Shown here: positions 49,461 through 64,000 of the stretch, piece after piece
How positions within the stretch are numbered: position 1 is the stretch's first letter
Layout of the letters: every line of letters begins with the position of its first letter
Made by a program: the position numbers and the translations under genes
Assembly (NCBI GenBank): GCA_016748015.1
Contig: JAAOMT010000504.1
Span: 44,781 to 108,780 of the forward strand
Direction of reading: 5' to 3'
Length of the DNA stretch: 64,000 nt
Source of the DNA: Geosiphon pyriformis uo1
Lineage: Eukaryota > Fungi > Glomeromycota
The notes under the pieces: model-generated
Databases searched by the model: none
Told to the model about the DNA's origin: nothing
What the model saw: the letters and a program-made list of their open reading frames with translations, nothing else

Positions 49461-52400
49461 ATTTTTAAACCAAAAAAGTTTTATCTTTAAAAAATCTTGA
49501 TAATGAAAAATAATATAAGAGAAATAAAGCAATCATAATATTATATAATCTTTTAAATATTAAGATTGACTGTAAGTAGATATATGAAAACCATTAGGTA
49601 TAAATAAAGTCTTTTTCATCTTGTATACAAAAGTTCTGAATATATACTTGTAAAACTTAAAGATTTCTTTTAAATAAAAAAATTCAAAGGCTAAGAAAAA
49701 AAGTCTATTATGTGGAATAAACTTCTATTTACAATTTAATTATAATAAGTTGAAAATAAACTATAGTTAAGGTGACTTATTTAATAACAATAAAATTGTA
49801 TTATCTGTGTTATTTTTTTATTCTTACATAATTATAGTTATTAAAGCATGTTAAACACTAAGATGTATTTTTTCAGGTCTTAAGTTTTTTGGTAAAACAT
49901 ATCTTTTAAAGACCTCTGCAGTAGTTGAAAAATGTTGTATTTACAACCTACACAATTTTTTATTATTTATCAAAGACATAGATTAACAAATTTTTGTTAT
50001 TATAAAATTATAGCCAAAATTATTTTAATATTTAATATAACAGCAATAATATTAGAAAAATTTTTTCTCACAGTTATAAAGTTCTATTAATTCTCTGTAT
50101 ATAACTCTATAAACAAAGCTATTTGAACAGTTTATTTGTATTAAGACTTAAAAAAAAGTTAGTATTTTATTATACAATAATCAGTACTCACTGTCATAAA
50201 TTATTCTAACTGTTTATATTCTCTGAATTCTAATTAACTTTTTTTATTAAATTTATCAACATTTTTAAAAAATTTTAAATCTTTCTATTTTAAAAAATTT
50301 AGTATTAAAAAGATTGATCCACATTTCTGGAGTTTTAATTAACACTATACTCATTTTAATTTATATTTTTAATGTTTTTTAATATTTAAACATTATAACA
50401 GTCTATTTGTAATAATTATGTATTACATACTGTATATTTTTACAAAAAACAGTAAAAATGTTACAATTTTTTTTACTTGATAAATAAAAAAAGTCAAGTT
50501 ATTAAAAATTTAAGAATTTATATTACATATATTATAAATTTTATATAAACTAAATTACAGTATAATTCTTATGTGTATTCTTATTATTCTTTGTATTAAT
50601 TTATCTTAATATTTTCTATTTTAATTTTAATGTTAAACTGGCTAATATATATTATAATTTTATTAAAAAATTGCAAAAAGCTAAATTAAAGAGCTTAAAT
50701 AAATTTTGTAAATCTGCAAAGCTAAAATAGTTTTTTATATTCATATAAAAAAATATACTGTGTTATAAATAAAGCTTAATATAATTATTAATAAGTTCTT
50801 TAATAATTATAACTAAATATTTTCACTGTTGAATTTATTTTTTTTATTGTTTAAGAAAAATTTCTAAACTTTAAATCTTAAATAATTTATAAAGATGCTA
50901 TAAATAGAAAAGTTTTGTTTTTTATTTAAAAAATATATTTTATTAATTTTTATTAAATTACATTTATTTTTTATATATTTAAAACAGTTAATAATTAATT
51001 AATCTAAGCTTTTTTGTCTTGAAAAAAAATTTATTTTCAAATATAAGAAAATAAATACATAATCTTTGTAATTATATTAATTTTAAATAAAAAATACTAT
51101 TTATAATTTCATTTATTAAAATAATACTTAGAAAACAAAATATTCAAAAATTATACTTGAATAAAATAAAAAAAAGTTAAAAAAATATTATACTTTTAAT
51201 TTTATGTAAATTAATAACTTATTTTTTTTACTTAAAAATTTTTAAAACTTTAAATTTTTAAAGTTATTTTCAAAAGTGCTTTGTATAAAGAAATATTTTT
51301 GTTAATTGTTTATTAATTTAATTAATTTTTTTTATAATCAAATATTGATTTTAGATTTTTAATATTTATATTAATAAGTATTCAAATAGTCGAAACTAAT
51401 TATATTAACAAAGTTATCTTTAAAGATAAAAAACAAAAAAATAGTATTTAAAATTATATATATATTATAAACAAAACATATTATAAAAGCAAATGGTAAT
51501 ATTAATTTTAAATAACTTTTTTTATTAAAGTTTTATTTTGCTTTTTTTCTGTTTATTTTAATTATTTTTACTGTTAAATTTATTTATTTTTTTAAAATAA
51601 TTTATTAAAAATTTATAATAATGAAATAAAATAAAATAAATATGTTAAAAAAACATGTTTAAATATAATACTTTTGTTACAGAAAAAAGATTTGATTGTC
51701 CAATTTTATATTAAAAGTAAAATATAAAAAAAAGTTTAATAATAAATAATAAGTTTAGAATAGTTAATATATAGAGTTTGTTTTTTGTATATTTTAGAAT
51801 AATTATATAAAAAAACAGTTTTGTTAAAAGTGTTTTAGTAAATTTTGATTTTAGTAGAAATATTAATTTTATCTTTAATATTTTTTGTTATTATTATTAG
51901 CTGAAATTTAAGTCATAATTACTGTTAATAATAATAAAAATTTAAGTCAGACTTATAGTTATTACAAATCAGACTATTAAACCAAAATTATAATTATCAT
52001 TAATCAAAATTTAGACCAAAAAATTGCTCTAATTTTTAATATAACAGATCATTTATTAATTTTTTTTCTTATTTAAATTAGTATTCCCAATTATTTAAAT
52101 TTTTATTAAAGAATAAATATTAATTCTGCAATAAATTTTTATTGATAGACAATGTAAGATCATTATAAAAAAATCAATTGCTATTTTTATAAAAAAAATA
52201 TCTTACTTTTAGCTGCTATTATTAAAATTTTAATAGTAAAATTTGATTTCTTTGAAGGATTTGTATTAATTGAAAGAAGCTTTATAAAAAGTCCAAATTT
52301 CTTGGGTTTTTATTTATGAAAAATATTATACATAAAAATTTTGAAAACTTTCAATCTCTTAATTCATTGATTTAGTGGTTAAGCAAATCTATTTGAGTTA

Positions 52401-53358
52401 ACAGTTAATAATTTTTTTAAAAATTCTTTTACTATCTGTAAAAATATCCTTAATTTCATTATCTGGATTTGATTTATAGTCAAATATTGATTTAATAAAG
52501 TTTCATTAGTTTTAGTGTCAAATTATTAAAGTAATATTATAAATCTAAATTATTCTTAGTATTTATAATATATTAATTAAAATAATATGTTTATTTAAAA
52601 AAATTCATAAAAGAAAAAAACTTTATTTTTACACAAAAAATCAATATAAAATAATGATTTGAAATTCAATTTTAATAAAACTTTCAAGATTTTTTTTTCA
52701 AAAAAATTTTCCAAAAAATGATCAAGCTTTAAATTTAATATCTAGAAATTTTATATAAAGCTTACAATTAATTCATAATTAAAAAATAATATATATTAGT
52801 TTATTATTTCATCCTAATATAAATATTATAGAAGAATAAAATAAGTGTTATTATTACAATCTGATCATAAAATAATGATAACATTTAATAATAAAGTTTA
52901 CTTTTTTATTATTTATGGTAAAAAGACAGAATTTTACAATCTTTATATAGTCTTTTAAACTCCAATTTTTAGAAAAGTAATATAAAATTCAGACTTTTAA
53001 AGTACAGAATAGTTAAATATTCATTAGCTAAAAAATTTTATAGCTTAAAGTTATTGGAAAAAATTTAAATAAAAGCATACTAAAATTTTAATGAATGTAA
53101 TTTTTAATAAAAATGAATTTGATAAATTGAAAAAGTAATTTATATATAATTAAATTTTGAATATAGTTAAAAATTCAAAAAAGTATAAATGACCAATTAA
53201 ATGGTTTCATATTTGGGTTTTTTTAGTATTTGTTTATTGCAGTTTTACTTAACATAAAAATTTAAATAAATACTTTAAAAACTTATTAATAAAAATTTTA
53301 ACAATTGTAAACATAAATATAGTTATAATCCAGTTTAATTAATAATACATAAAACTTC

Positions 53359-55025
53359 TTTTTTTTTTTTTATTACAAGTTTTATAAGTAAAGCCCAACT
53401 ACTATCTAGTACATAGAACCAAACTAAGTAGAACCAATTAAATGCAGTTCATGCATCTATTACATATGGCCAACCATTTAGGCCAGACAAAACAATACTA
53501 CATGTTTATGCTAACAAATACATAACCACCTAAGTCAGAAAAAAACAACACAATTTGCATTTATCAAACTTAATAGCAAAAAATTCTATAACACCAAGCA
53601 TATGAACCACCCCAGCTAATAACAAAAATGTTATGCAGCAAGACAAGCCCAAAGTTATATCATTATCTCTGACCAAGCCAGTTTTCTCTATATTCACTTT
53701 ATATTTGGTCTTTGTATTTTATACCCTGGTACAATACAACTCTACCACAAAACTAATATATTTTACAAGTGCTTGAGTAGCTTTTTTTTTCTTCTCAAAA
53801 ACTGAAACAGCTTCAAAGTATTAATCTCTTAACACAAAACCCTTGTATACAGCCATATATAGATTTATATCTGAAGAACATATTAAAAGCAAATGCAGAA
53901 TTGCAGAATTAAATAAGCTAAAGAAACCAGATATCAACACCCATTTTTCAATAGCTTCAACCAAAATATCTCTCTGGAGACCAGAATTCTCAGAACAAGC
54001 AAAAACATGGTCAGATAACTCCACCCTATTACACAGTAAACACAACATCTCAGAATAACCTCTATTATACAACTTTTTTCTAACTGCAACTGGCAGCCAT
54101 CTATAAACAGCTTTTATTAAATATGTGAACAAGTTGGCAGACTTTTTATTAGTAAATTCAGACAACATATGTGAATCAGAGTGCCAAATCCTCGAAGTAG
54201 TTTCTTAATCTATTTTCTTAATCATACCATCTGAAACTATATCAGAATCCAGACCAGCCTTTCAATAGACATGGCAAATTAATTGGTACAGATTACAAAC
54301 AAAATGACAAGTATTGCCAGATACAGCAGTTTTTTCAGCAACCAAAAACCTCTTTCAAATCCTGATTGGTAAAGAAAGAGGCAAAGAAGTGGCTATACTA
54401 GCCAATACATTAGTTCTAATATTGTCTGGCACATCTAAATGACCCTTGACTTTTATCTACTTAATTGAAACATCTTTATTTTTAAGGAGATTGACTATTT
54501 GCAATCTTTTAATCCAACATTGATTACAGAAGTCGAGTGCAACAAAAATAGTCTCAGACAAATAGGCATTAATTACAGATTGGTTGTCTAAGTACAAAAC
54601 TACAGAACACAAAAATAAAACATACTTCAAAGCTAAAGCCACAGCTTGCAATTCAGTTAAGATAGAAGACAAAAGTCTAGCTACACTAATTCCAATACTT
54701 GCATCTATAGCTAGAAAGTAAGTACCTATCCCACCAACTATTCCAATGGAACTAGCATCTTTTAAGAACTTATCTGTATAGATCTTAATACAATTGGACC
54801 ACATTTCTAGTAAGCTATTATGAACATCATAGAACTTATCAGAATTCAAAACATTCAGCATATCCTTTCTATAAATAACAGCATTCCTGACCTCTAAAGA
54901 AGCAGATTTATGCATAAACTTAGATACCAATATAAACCAGTAAGACATAAGACCCCTTAAATCCAACTTTTTCTACTGCCAAAATGGCTTTCAGTCCATC
55001 ATAATCTCTTTTTTGTCTAGAAGCC
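53359..55025 (-). mobile_element. 3' part of a degenerate non-LTR (LINE) retrotransposon with RNase H and CCHC domain
   Basis: RNase H motifs IYTD..., LSSILTELQAVALAL, LYLDNQS, KVKGH; zinc knuckle CLLCNRVELSDHVFAC; poly(A) tail seen as T13 at 53359-53371; cut at 55025 by an LTR. Confidence 0.85.
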
Positions 55026-55901
55026 TGTGACCAAATACTGTTATTTATAGAATATAGAAAGTATATTAGCATATAAATTAGCCAATCAGAAGTAGCTGTA
55101 ATAAATGTGGAATTCTAAGATTCCACTTAAAGAAATTACAGAATTCTAAGAATTTCAGAATTCTCATACAAGGAATTGTAGGATTCCAGAATTCCAAGAT
55201 TTTTCTCAAAAAAATTGCAAGATTCCAGAAATCCTAGAATTCTTGGTGTAAAGAATTAAGAAATTGAGGAATCTTAATTATATATATATAGCAGTAGCAT
55301 TAGAAGTAGAAAAGAGAGACCAGACAGTTTAGATTTGATCTAAACAACTTTCCAATTCACAAATATTAATAAATAATTATTTGATATCTTAATCTATTCT
55401 CCACTATCAACACTTTATGTTAATAGTCTTGAATACTTAACCACACCAAAACAATAGCTCTTAATCATGACTATTGACAGGATACTAACAATTATTGCCT
55501 TGGCTTATTTTTTTTATTTTTTTTTTATTTTCTTTTGTTATTTTTTTTGTTTTACTAACTTGATTAAAAAGATTTACACATGAAGGTATTAATGTCAGGA
55601 TATAACACTGGTAAAAAACCCAAGAATAAGAGTAAACACTTAGAATTGAGGATATCTTACTAGAAAGATTATCAGCCATCATGCTAAAAAAAAAATTAAC
55701 AAAACTGCAGTTTTGAGAAGCTACAGATAAAACAATCAATTAAATCTCTGTCTATTATACAAAGAACTCTAAATTCAAATCTTTAGATTAATAAAACCTT
55801 CAAATAAACAAAACCTTCAGATATCAACATTATTATATCAATTAAGTACCAAGTTCTGAGTTTGTTATTTGTTTTGAAATTCCAAATAATCATCTGTAAC
55901 A
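55026..55901 (+). repeat. Putative 5' LTR of element 2
   Basis: TGTGAC...GTAACA ends. LINE homology stops at 55025. Followed by PBS-like ttTAGTGCT, matching element 1's ttTGGTGCT. Internal gaattcca-type short repeats (55110-55275) and a TATATATA box (~55280). Partner LTR not in window. Confidence 0.7.
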
Positions 55902-58900
55902 TTTAGTGCTTTTTGTGAGGTATAATCCTACAGAGAACCAGCACCAACAACCATTTTCTAAAAGTGGCAGAATCAGAAATAATAAGGACAAATCATTTAG
56001 GATTTACTAAATCCTTATTTTAACAATACAGTTAACAATTGGGCCTAACCAACAATTATTATCTAGCAGAATTAGCCTTCAATTTTTATGTCAACAAAAA
56101 AATCACAGATTTCTTAAAAAGACCAGTTGACATTAAATTAGCAAGAGAAAATTTTTATACAGAATTAATTCAACACACTAGCTTACCACAAAATTACAGT
56201 TTCATGTCAATCATTAAGGAAATTAATCAAAAAATTGAAAGATATACTCAACAGCAATTCCTTATTACTTATGCCAATAAAAGTAAAAGAAAGTTACAAA
56301 CACCAGCAGTAACTCCAAAAAGAATACAATTACCAATGTGAAAGAAACAAAGAATTGAATTTCCACTATATCTATCATATCATTATCCACCCGGAAGTAC
56401 CATTAATATTGCATTAGCAGGTGTGTCCACATCAAATGTGACATTAACATTTGGATAACTACTATTTCAAAGTAAACAGAAGAAAGCAGAATTATTAAGA
56501 ACCTATGGCAATTACTTTAAAGGATTTAAATCACAATCACCAATGCCATTAGAATTCTGATCACCACCACCTCCACCAGATTTTGGAACTGCAAGTCTTT
56601 GAGAGATAATGGCATCAGAAGAAGAGAAAAAAGAGGATCAAGAATTTAATTATCAAAACCTGATCCCAAAAATTGAAAACCTGAACAATCTAAATTCTGA
56701 TAATATTAATCAGCAAAATCAGAACAATCAAAACCCCAATTTAATTAATCAACTGAACTTACCTCCAGAAATTGTCATTGATTAGCCACTCATTGAACCA
56801 ATTCAGCAACTACTTCAACAACCTCACCCACCACTCCAGCAGCAAATACAACAACAACTTCAACTACAACAACAACTCCCATTAGTACTAATAGCATATA
56901 CACCCATCGCCAAAATTGAGAAATTTACTGGTAAAAAAAACAATGTCTAAGTATAGCTCAACGACATAGAAAACTCATTGCAGCCAATAGTTGGAACAAT
57001 AACAGAGCCCTTCAAGGGATCTTTTATTTCCTACAAAATACTGCCAACTCATAATATCAAAGTTTAACTGCCAAATCTCAAATATTCTAGGAATTTAAAA
57101 CTGCATTTTTGGGATATTTCAGTAATAATAAGAGTATTAATTACCTAGCCAATGCTTTTACCACAATCAAACAAGAAGAAACTAAAGCAGTTACCACTTA
57201 ATTGAGATGCTTCCACAGGAACTTGCGCCAAATTCAAACAATTCAAGCTGACTATTTTACAGCACCACAGATCTTAAACCAGTTTATCTGTGGTCTGTAC
57301 AGTAGCTTTTTTCAACGCATATGACCATTACATCCAACAACATTTCAAGACACAGTAATATGAGCCAGAAACTTTGAATCAGCTAAATTAGAAGCTAATC
57401 ATGCCCAAGCTGTAAACCTAGTCATGAATAGATCATCTAATTTGGATTCCAAATTGAAACAACTTAGTAATTCAATTAATCAGAAATTGGAAGAATACTT
57501 AGCTAACAATTGCACAATTTATTAGTCACTTCAATGATACAATAATTCTAGAAAAATGAATCACTTTCAAAATCAGTCACATTCTTCATCATCATTCAAT
57601 CAACCATGACAGTAAGAAATGCATATTTGGCACAATTATAGTAAACAAGGTCATTTAAAAATTGACTGCCATGCTAATAATAATAACTCACAATTGGAAA
57701 ATCAATATTGAAACCCTAATCACAGGTTTCAAACTCCAAATCAATACCCAAATCAGGATCAATACTCACCTCATTACACCCAAATAACACAATAGCCAAT
57801 CTATTAACCATCCATATATTAAGCTCCAATTTATCAACCAAAAACACCCATCATTTATCAACCACAGTCCCAACTTATTTATTAACTGCAGCCTCAAGTA
57901 ATCAATCAATTCCAACAAATTCAAATACCACCACAAAACTTATCTCAAAACAGAACCCAAAGGCCAAGACTGACACAACAAAACTGAAGATTGTCAATGG
58001 TAGTTTATCAACTGATCCCCAGTTCCTCAATCCAGCCATTAAGATCTTAACAATAGAATTTAGGCACCAGATACACTCAAAACCCAAATGCCCAACACTA
58101 CTTAAGTCTTCTGATTACCTCAGAAGATGTCTTATCTAACAACCAGAAATCTAATTAAAACAAATCTCTTATCAGCAACATTCTACCAGCCACTGTTATG
58201 AAAGATGAATCACTTGCAGCTATATTTCTTTTCAAAATTGAAAAACCAGCAGAAACCTTTTTATTCAGTAGAGCCACACTCAAAGAAAAACTGATCACTG
58301 TTATGTATACTAATGCTAAAATTGATAATCATTCTATCAAACTCATATTAGATAGTGGGTCAGTAGACAGTATTATCACATAACAACTCATAGACCAATT
58401 AGGTCATTAAGTTGATTGCACTGCCAGCACCAGAATCATAATCACTGATGGAGCAACCAAAACTTCAATTGACAAGATTGACAATCTACTTATTGAAATC
58501 AATGATATTATAGTACTCATCAAAGTTTTAGTGATGAAAGCAACACAGTACCAAGCCCTTATTAGCAAAAACTGGTTGTCCAAAACCAATGTGATGCTTG
58601 ACTAAAACATGCAAAAACTCCAACTTAACCAGAATGGTCAACACACACATGTACCAACCACGTGTAGCCACTTCAAGTCTATTACCATACCATCAACACT
58701 CTTTATTGAATTAGACAATGAAGAAAAAAAACCTACCTAGGAAGCTTACCAAGTTTTTTGGGCTGATACTGAACACAATGCATTACTACCAGTACTTTTT
58801 TAGGATAACAAAGAGAAAAGAAAGAAAGAAAACACACCAGAAGAAAACATCACTACAAAAGAAATAATTAATGGTTGGGAAAGAGGATACTTATGTGAAC

Positions 58901-59789
58901 CAATAAAAAAACTGCCATATATACCTCTTAAATACAAAGACTGTAAAAAATAACTTTTCTCTATGAGAGCTTGGATAGCATCTGATGAAAACTACTGAAT
59001 AAGAACTCACTATTATTACAAGCCATGTCATAGAGAACACTATAGTTACCCAAAGAAACAGAGAAAGTGGGACAACAAATTATGTCTTGCTTACAGCAAA
59101 TAGTTACTTGACAAAGAAATATGGAATGATATTCCTGGTTGAGAAGGAACATATGATACTTCGTACTAGTACACAATCTTCATAAGTGATTGGGTCAGTC
59201 ATGGCACCTCCATTACTGCAGCTTGGCATTAGACAATAACTTATTTGAATGGTTGCTCACACAATGAAGATGAGATCTGAAAAATGGGAATGTCAAAGTT
59301 GAAGAAGCCATGCCCAGTGAAATTTTAGAAATTAAAAACAACTCACCAGAACCTGTAGAAACAGTTCTCATTCCAAATTTTGATGTTTTCCTCGACATTA
59401 AAACAGACCCAAAGGAATTTCACAAGCACTATCAAAACCTAGCACCAACAAAAAAGAAACAGGAATAACAGCTGGAAGAATTGAATACCAGACTATGCCA
59501 ACATTGTTTAATTCCCAGTGATTTTGAATATTGTAATGATTGTGACCTTATTTACAATCCCAGAAGAGGAAAAACCAATCAGCAACTGTGCATCAGAATT
59601 GGAATCAACTTTCAATTCTAATTCAAACTCTGACAATGACAATGACAAAAATAATAGTTCCAGCTCTATTCAATATAACAACAAAAATAACAACAATTTG
59701 GACTCCAATTTAAACCCCGAAACATATATCACACTCCCTAATCTTACTAAGAAGCAAAAACTGAAATAGTTCAATGATAATAATGAAGG

Positions 59790-60190
59790 TATTATGCCAA
59801 AATGCACACATGATACTAATACAGAGTTTGATCTAAAATATTCAAAAAAAGATGTCATCAAATTAGAACCATATTCATGCATCTGTATTGATCTCAAAGT
59901 AGCACTGAAAATTCCAACAACAACAATAATTTAACTAGCATTTAGAAGTAGCTTAGCAAAAAAGAGAATCAACATCAAAAGAAGAATAATTAATGCAGAA
60001 TATGTAAAAAATATTATTGCAATGCTACAAAATGATTCAGAAAAGACCTATATCATAGAACCAAATAAAAAGATAGCACAGGCAATATTTCTACCTCTGG
60101 TGAAAATAGCTCAATTAGTATCAGTGGGAAACAAAAAAGAATTAGAGATTACAGCTAGGAGAATATAGAGATTTAGATCAATGAGTAGAA
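59790..60190 (+). pseudogene. dUTPase domain of element 2
   Basis: PKCTHDTNTEFDL, LAFRSSLA, IINAEYVKNI, KIAQAIF, ARRI*RFRS are decayed dUTPase motifs 1-5. Confidence 0.8.
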
Positions 60191-63100
60191 TAGATATACC
60201 AGTTAATATGACAGAAGAAGAAATTATTGACAAGAAAAAAATTATCTCCACTTGTCAAACAATCTTTATTTTACCATATGACCAGTACATAATAGTCATA
60301 GAAAAAAAAATAAAGAATCAGGTTCAAATTTTTGAGGCAGAAGCAACACTTTGTAAATCAGAAGAGATTGGATTAGCCAATTTCCACATACCAGCCAAGA
60401 ATTACAGTCACATTAAAATTTCCATTTACAACAACACAAAATATATCATTAAGATACCAGAAAAAACCACCATTGAATATTTAACCACCAAAATTGAAAA
60501 ACAATTACCAAACCCCATTCCAGACTTTTCACAACTGTGTAAATATGCAGATATTATATTTCAAACAATATATAGACAAGAAGAATATTATTTGCTCCAA
60601 CTAGAACAATTGGAATAGATAAACATAAGAAACTTAGATCCACTTCAATGTATGCAGCTTAAGATGTTACTCAACAACTTTAATAACATCTTTGTCAGCG
60701 AAAATAAATTTGGCAGAACTGATATAATCTAGCACCAGATAAAAACTGAAGATGCAATACCAATTAAACAAAGAGCATACAGAGTACCACCAGCCAGTCA
60801 TGAGATTATTTGTTAAGAAATCAATAGGATGCTTGACAACAGGCTAATTCAGCCATCAATAAGTTCATGATTATTACCAGTAGTACTAGTCCATAAGAAA
60901 AATGGAAAAATCCACTTTTGTGTAGATTACTGGAAACTAAATAGAATGACAAAAGGAGATAGTTACCTAACACCAAAAATCCAAAAGCTGTTTAATGCTT
61001 TTGGAGGAAAGAAATAGTTCTTAACTTTAGACTTAGACAGTAGTTATTGGCAAGTAGCTATGAAACCAGAAAACAAAAAAAAAATGGCTTTTACAATATG
61101 AGAAGAAAATTTCAAATTTAAAGTAATGCCATTTGGCTTGATGAATGCTCCTGCCACCTTTCAATGATCTATGGAAATTGTCTATACTAGACTACTATGG
61201 AAATCAGTAGTCGTATACTTAGATGACACCAATGTGTTTTCAAAAACATTCAATGATCATCTACATCAATTCCAACACGTATTTGAAAGACTAAAAAAAG
61301 CCAGATTAAAGTTAAATGCCACCAAATGCTTCTTTGGAAAAACAGAACTAAAATTTTTGAGACATGTTGTGAACCAAGATGGAATCAAAACAGATCCAGA
61401 CAAGATTGAAATTGTTAAGAACTTTTCAATACCAAATAATCTCACAGAATTAAGAGCATTCTTAGAATTTGCTGGATACTATTACCATTTTATTAAAGAT
61501 TTTTCTAAACTGGCTCAGTTATTACACCAGCTTTAATTAAAAAACACCAAATATAAATAGACAGAAATTCAACAAGAAGCTTTTGACATATTAAAAAAAA
61601 GCTTATACAAGCTCCAGTATTGATGTATCCAGATTACAACAAACCATTTATTATCACTACCAATGCATCAGGCTAAGCATTAAAAGCAGTACTATCACAG
61701 AAAAAACTGGATGGAAAAAAACATTCAGTAGCATACATCAGCAGAAGCTTAAATCCAGCAGAAAAAAACTATGAAACACCAGCACTAGAACACTTAGCAA
61801 TCTATTGGTCAGTCATGAAATAGAAAGAATACTTAAGCCAGAAATTTGATGTATACATAGATTACAATGGATTAACTTCAATTTAGAATCAGAAATTTGG
61901 AGATGATTGCCATACAAGATAAAAAATAGCATTATTACCATATACATTTACAGTACATTATAAAAAGAGAAAAGACAATGGAAATGCTAATGGTTTGTCA
62001 CAAATGAGACAAATCTAAAACATCTCAACCCAAAAATATAACAAAAAATGAATATACAAAAATACCAACAACTCCAATATTATATAGATATTCAACAGTT
62101 TAAAGAGAAATTATCTCAAAAAGAACAAAAGAACATAAAACAACAATCAAAATATTTTATCAACCATTAAAATATACTTTATTAGAAGAACAAAAGAAAT
62201 TCAGATCAACCAACCAAAGTAATTACAGAACCAGAGAAAGAAACAATATTATTCAATATGCATTCAGATCCAACAGCAGAACATTTTTACAAAAAAGCAA
62301 CCATGAAAAGAACCAGAAAAAGATACTATTGGCCATCAATGTATCCAGACATCATCTAATATGTTCAAAATTGTGATGTTTGTCTGAAAAAAAAAGAAAT
62401 AAAATCCAGTAAACTATTAAGACCAATCAAAGTGAAGCAACCCTTTAATTGCATTGGAATTGACTTAGTCGGACTATTAACAATCACCAGCAGAGACAAC
62501 AGATATATTGCAGTAGTCATGGATTATCTTACTAAATAACCAGAAACAAAAGCCATTCAAAAAGCAGATGCAGAATCTATTGCCAAATTTGTTCATCAAG
62601 ACTTGATTTGTCAATACAGATGTCCAAAAAAATTGTTATCTGATCAAAAAACTCACTTTGTGAATAGAACATTAACAAAACTGAGTCAAAGATTTGGAAT
62701 AAAAAAACTATTATTATCACCATACCATCCATAAACAAATGGGTTAATTGAACAGTTCAACTAAACATTATGTAAAGCAATAGCCAAGATCAGCCAAAAA
62801 AACCAGGATGAATAGGATTTGTTTATATTATCAGTATTATTTGCTTATCAGACAATAAAGCAAGACACTACACAAACAACACTATTTAAATTAGTATATG
62901 GTAGAACAGTAATATTACCAGTTAAGATAGAAGTCAAAACATATCCAACAGAACTAATAACAGAAGAAAATTTTCAAAAAACATTGTTGAGAAGAACATA
63001 TGACTTAATAGAAACACTAGAAAACATATGGCAAAAAGCAGCTAATAACATCCAAAAGTTACAAGAAAAACAAAAAGAAAGACATGATAACCAACTATCA

Positions 63101-63461
63101 GAGAAACCAGTTAAATTCAAGATTGAAAACAAAGTACTTTTACATTATACCAAAGCGGAAAAACAATGGAGTGGAAAATTCGACCCCAAATGAAATGGAC
63201 CATTTCACATAGAAAAAATTTTAGGAAATAGAGCTTATAAATTAAGGTGAAACAACAAAATTTTAACCAAGGCAGCACATAGTGATCAACTGAAACAATA
63301 TTACCATAAAGCATTATCATCTACCAGTAATATTCCACAATTAGGAATACAGAGAATATTAATTAAACCAAATAAAATTCCACAAGATTTAGAACCAATT
63401 ATAATCATTGAACCAAACACATAAAATCAAACAACCAAAAGAGTATATAAAGACATAATAT

Positions 63462-64000
63462 ATGCAACAAAAGACAGCAGAAAAATGGAAATTATTGATG
63501 ACATTCACTTATTAGCACAACAATTCTTTTAATTAATCCAACAACAAGAGATGAAAATTACAATCAACCAACAAATTATCAGATACACATACACCAAAAA
63601 AAAACCATGAGATAAAATACAGAGAAAAACAAAAAACTTTGTTAACAAAATAATTACAAAAGTGAAATTGGCAATAGAAACACAACCAAAAGTCACCCAA
63701 TATCAAAAGTTGACTATGGAAACTTGGAATTGGTGGATACAACAATTTTCAAAAAACTTTTATTACTTTTATTTGGGACAATACTTGAACATTTAAGGCT
63801 TGTACACAGATAAAACAAAACAACTATTTAATACAACAATACTACAACAACTAGAACAATTTGTGAGAAAAAACAATTTGACTACACAAGCAAAAGTCAT
63901 TTATTGGCTATACACTGAATTTCAAGATCGACCAGAAATCTTACTCAATCCAGAAATGAACTTTATTACCATTAATCAAATGGGAAAAATGACCAACTCT
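63462..64000 (+). pseudogene. Extra ORF3 downstream of integrase in element 2 (partial)
   Basis: ..FYYFYLGQYL..QAKVIYWLYTEFQDRPEILLNPEMNFITINQMGKMTN is similar to element-1 ORF3. Confidence 0.55.

Larger units (their letters stand above)
55026..64000 (+). mobile_element. Degenerate Ty3/gypsy LTR retrotransposon with dUTPase (element 2); 3' end outside window
   Basis: Gag ~55950-57900 with decayed CCHC knuckle; PR LILDSGS (~58340); Cys-rich insert; dUTPase ~59790-60190; RT VMPFGLMNAPATFQ and YLDD (~61200); RNase H; integrase IGIDLVG..., WSGKFDPK*NGPF; ORF3 from ~63462. Confidence 0.93.

Noticed and set aside
49500-53340. Extremely AT-rich tract as a centromere or origin
   Set aside because: Composition alone fits terminally decayed repeats, and no specific signal is visible.

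Overview
AT-rich eukaryotic (fungal) DNA with spliceosomal introns. The gene and repeat families (Sel1-repeat protein, class-3 lipase relic, dUTPase-bearing Ty3/gypsy elements) suggest a Glomeromycotina fungus such as Geosiphon; this taxonomy is inferred, not proven. 1-16 kb is genic. It holds the 3' end of a 4-coumarate-CoA-ligase-like gene, a five-exon DUR31/NCU01977-like sodium:solute symporter, a decayed amino-acid permease, a second 4CL-like copy ending in SKL with a dead hAT transposon behind it, and a Sel1-repeat gene. The symporter's 664-nt first intron holds a clear TPP riboswitch aptamer, two extra splice donors and two long-range anti-aptamer segments. 17-30 kb is mostly decayed sequence, including a class-3 lipase pseudogene and two minisatellites. 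30-64 kb is a retroelement graveyard: a full-length minus-strand gypsy element (968-bp LTRs; Gag-PR-Cys-rich insert-dUTPase-RT-RH-IN-extra ORF3), a solo LTR, a 139-bp satellite with higher-order structure, LINE fragments, and a second related gypsy element inserted in a LINE and running off the window. Highlights are the riboswitch-controlled splicing system, loss of the PTS1 signal in one 4CL paralog, the extra domains and ORF3 in the gypsy family, and sharply regional C>T hypermutation inside the LTRs. All alignments and counts were done by eye.
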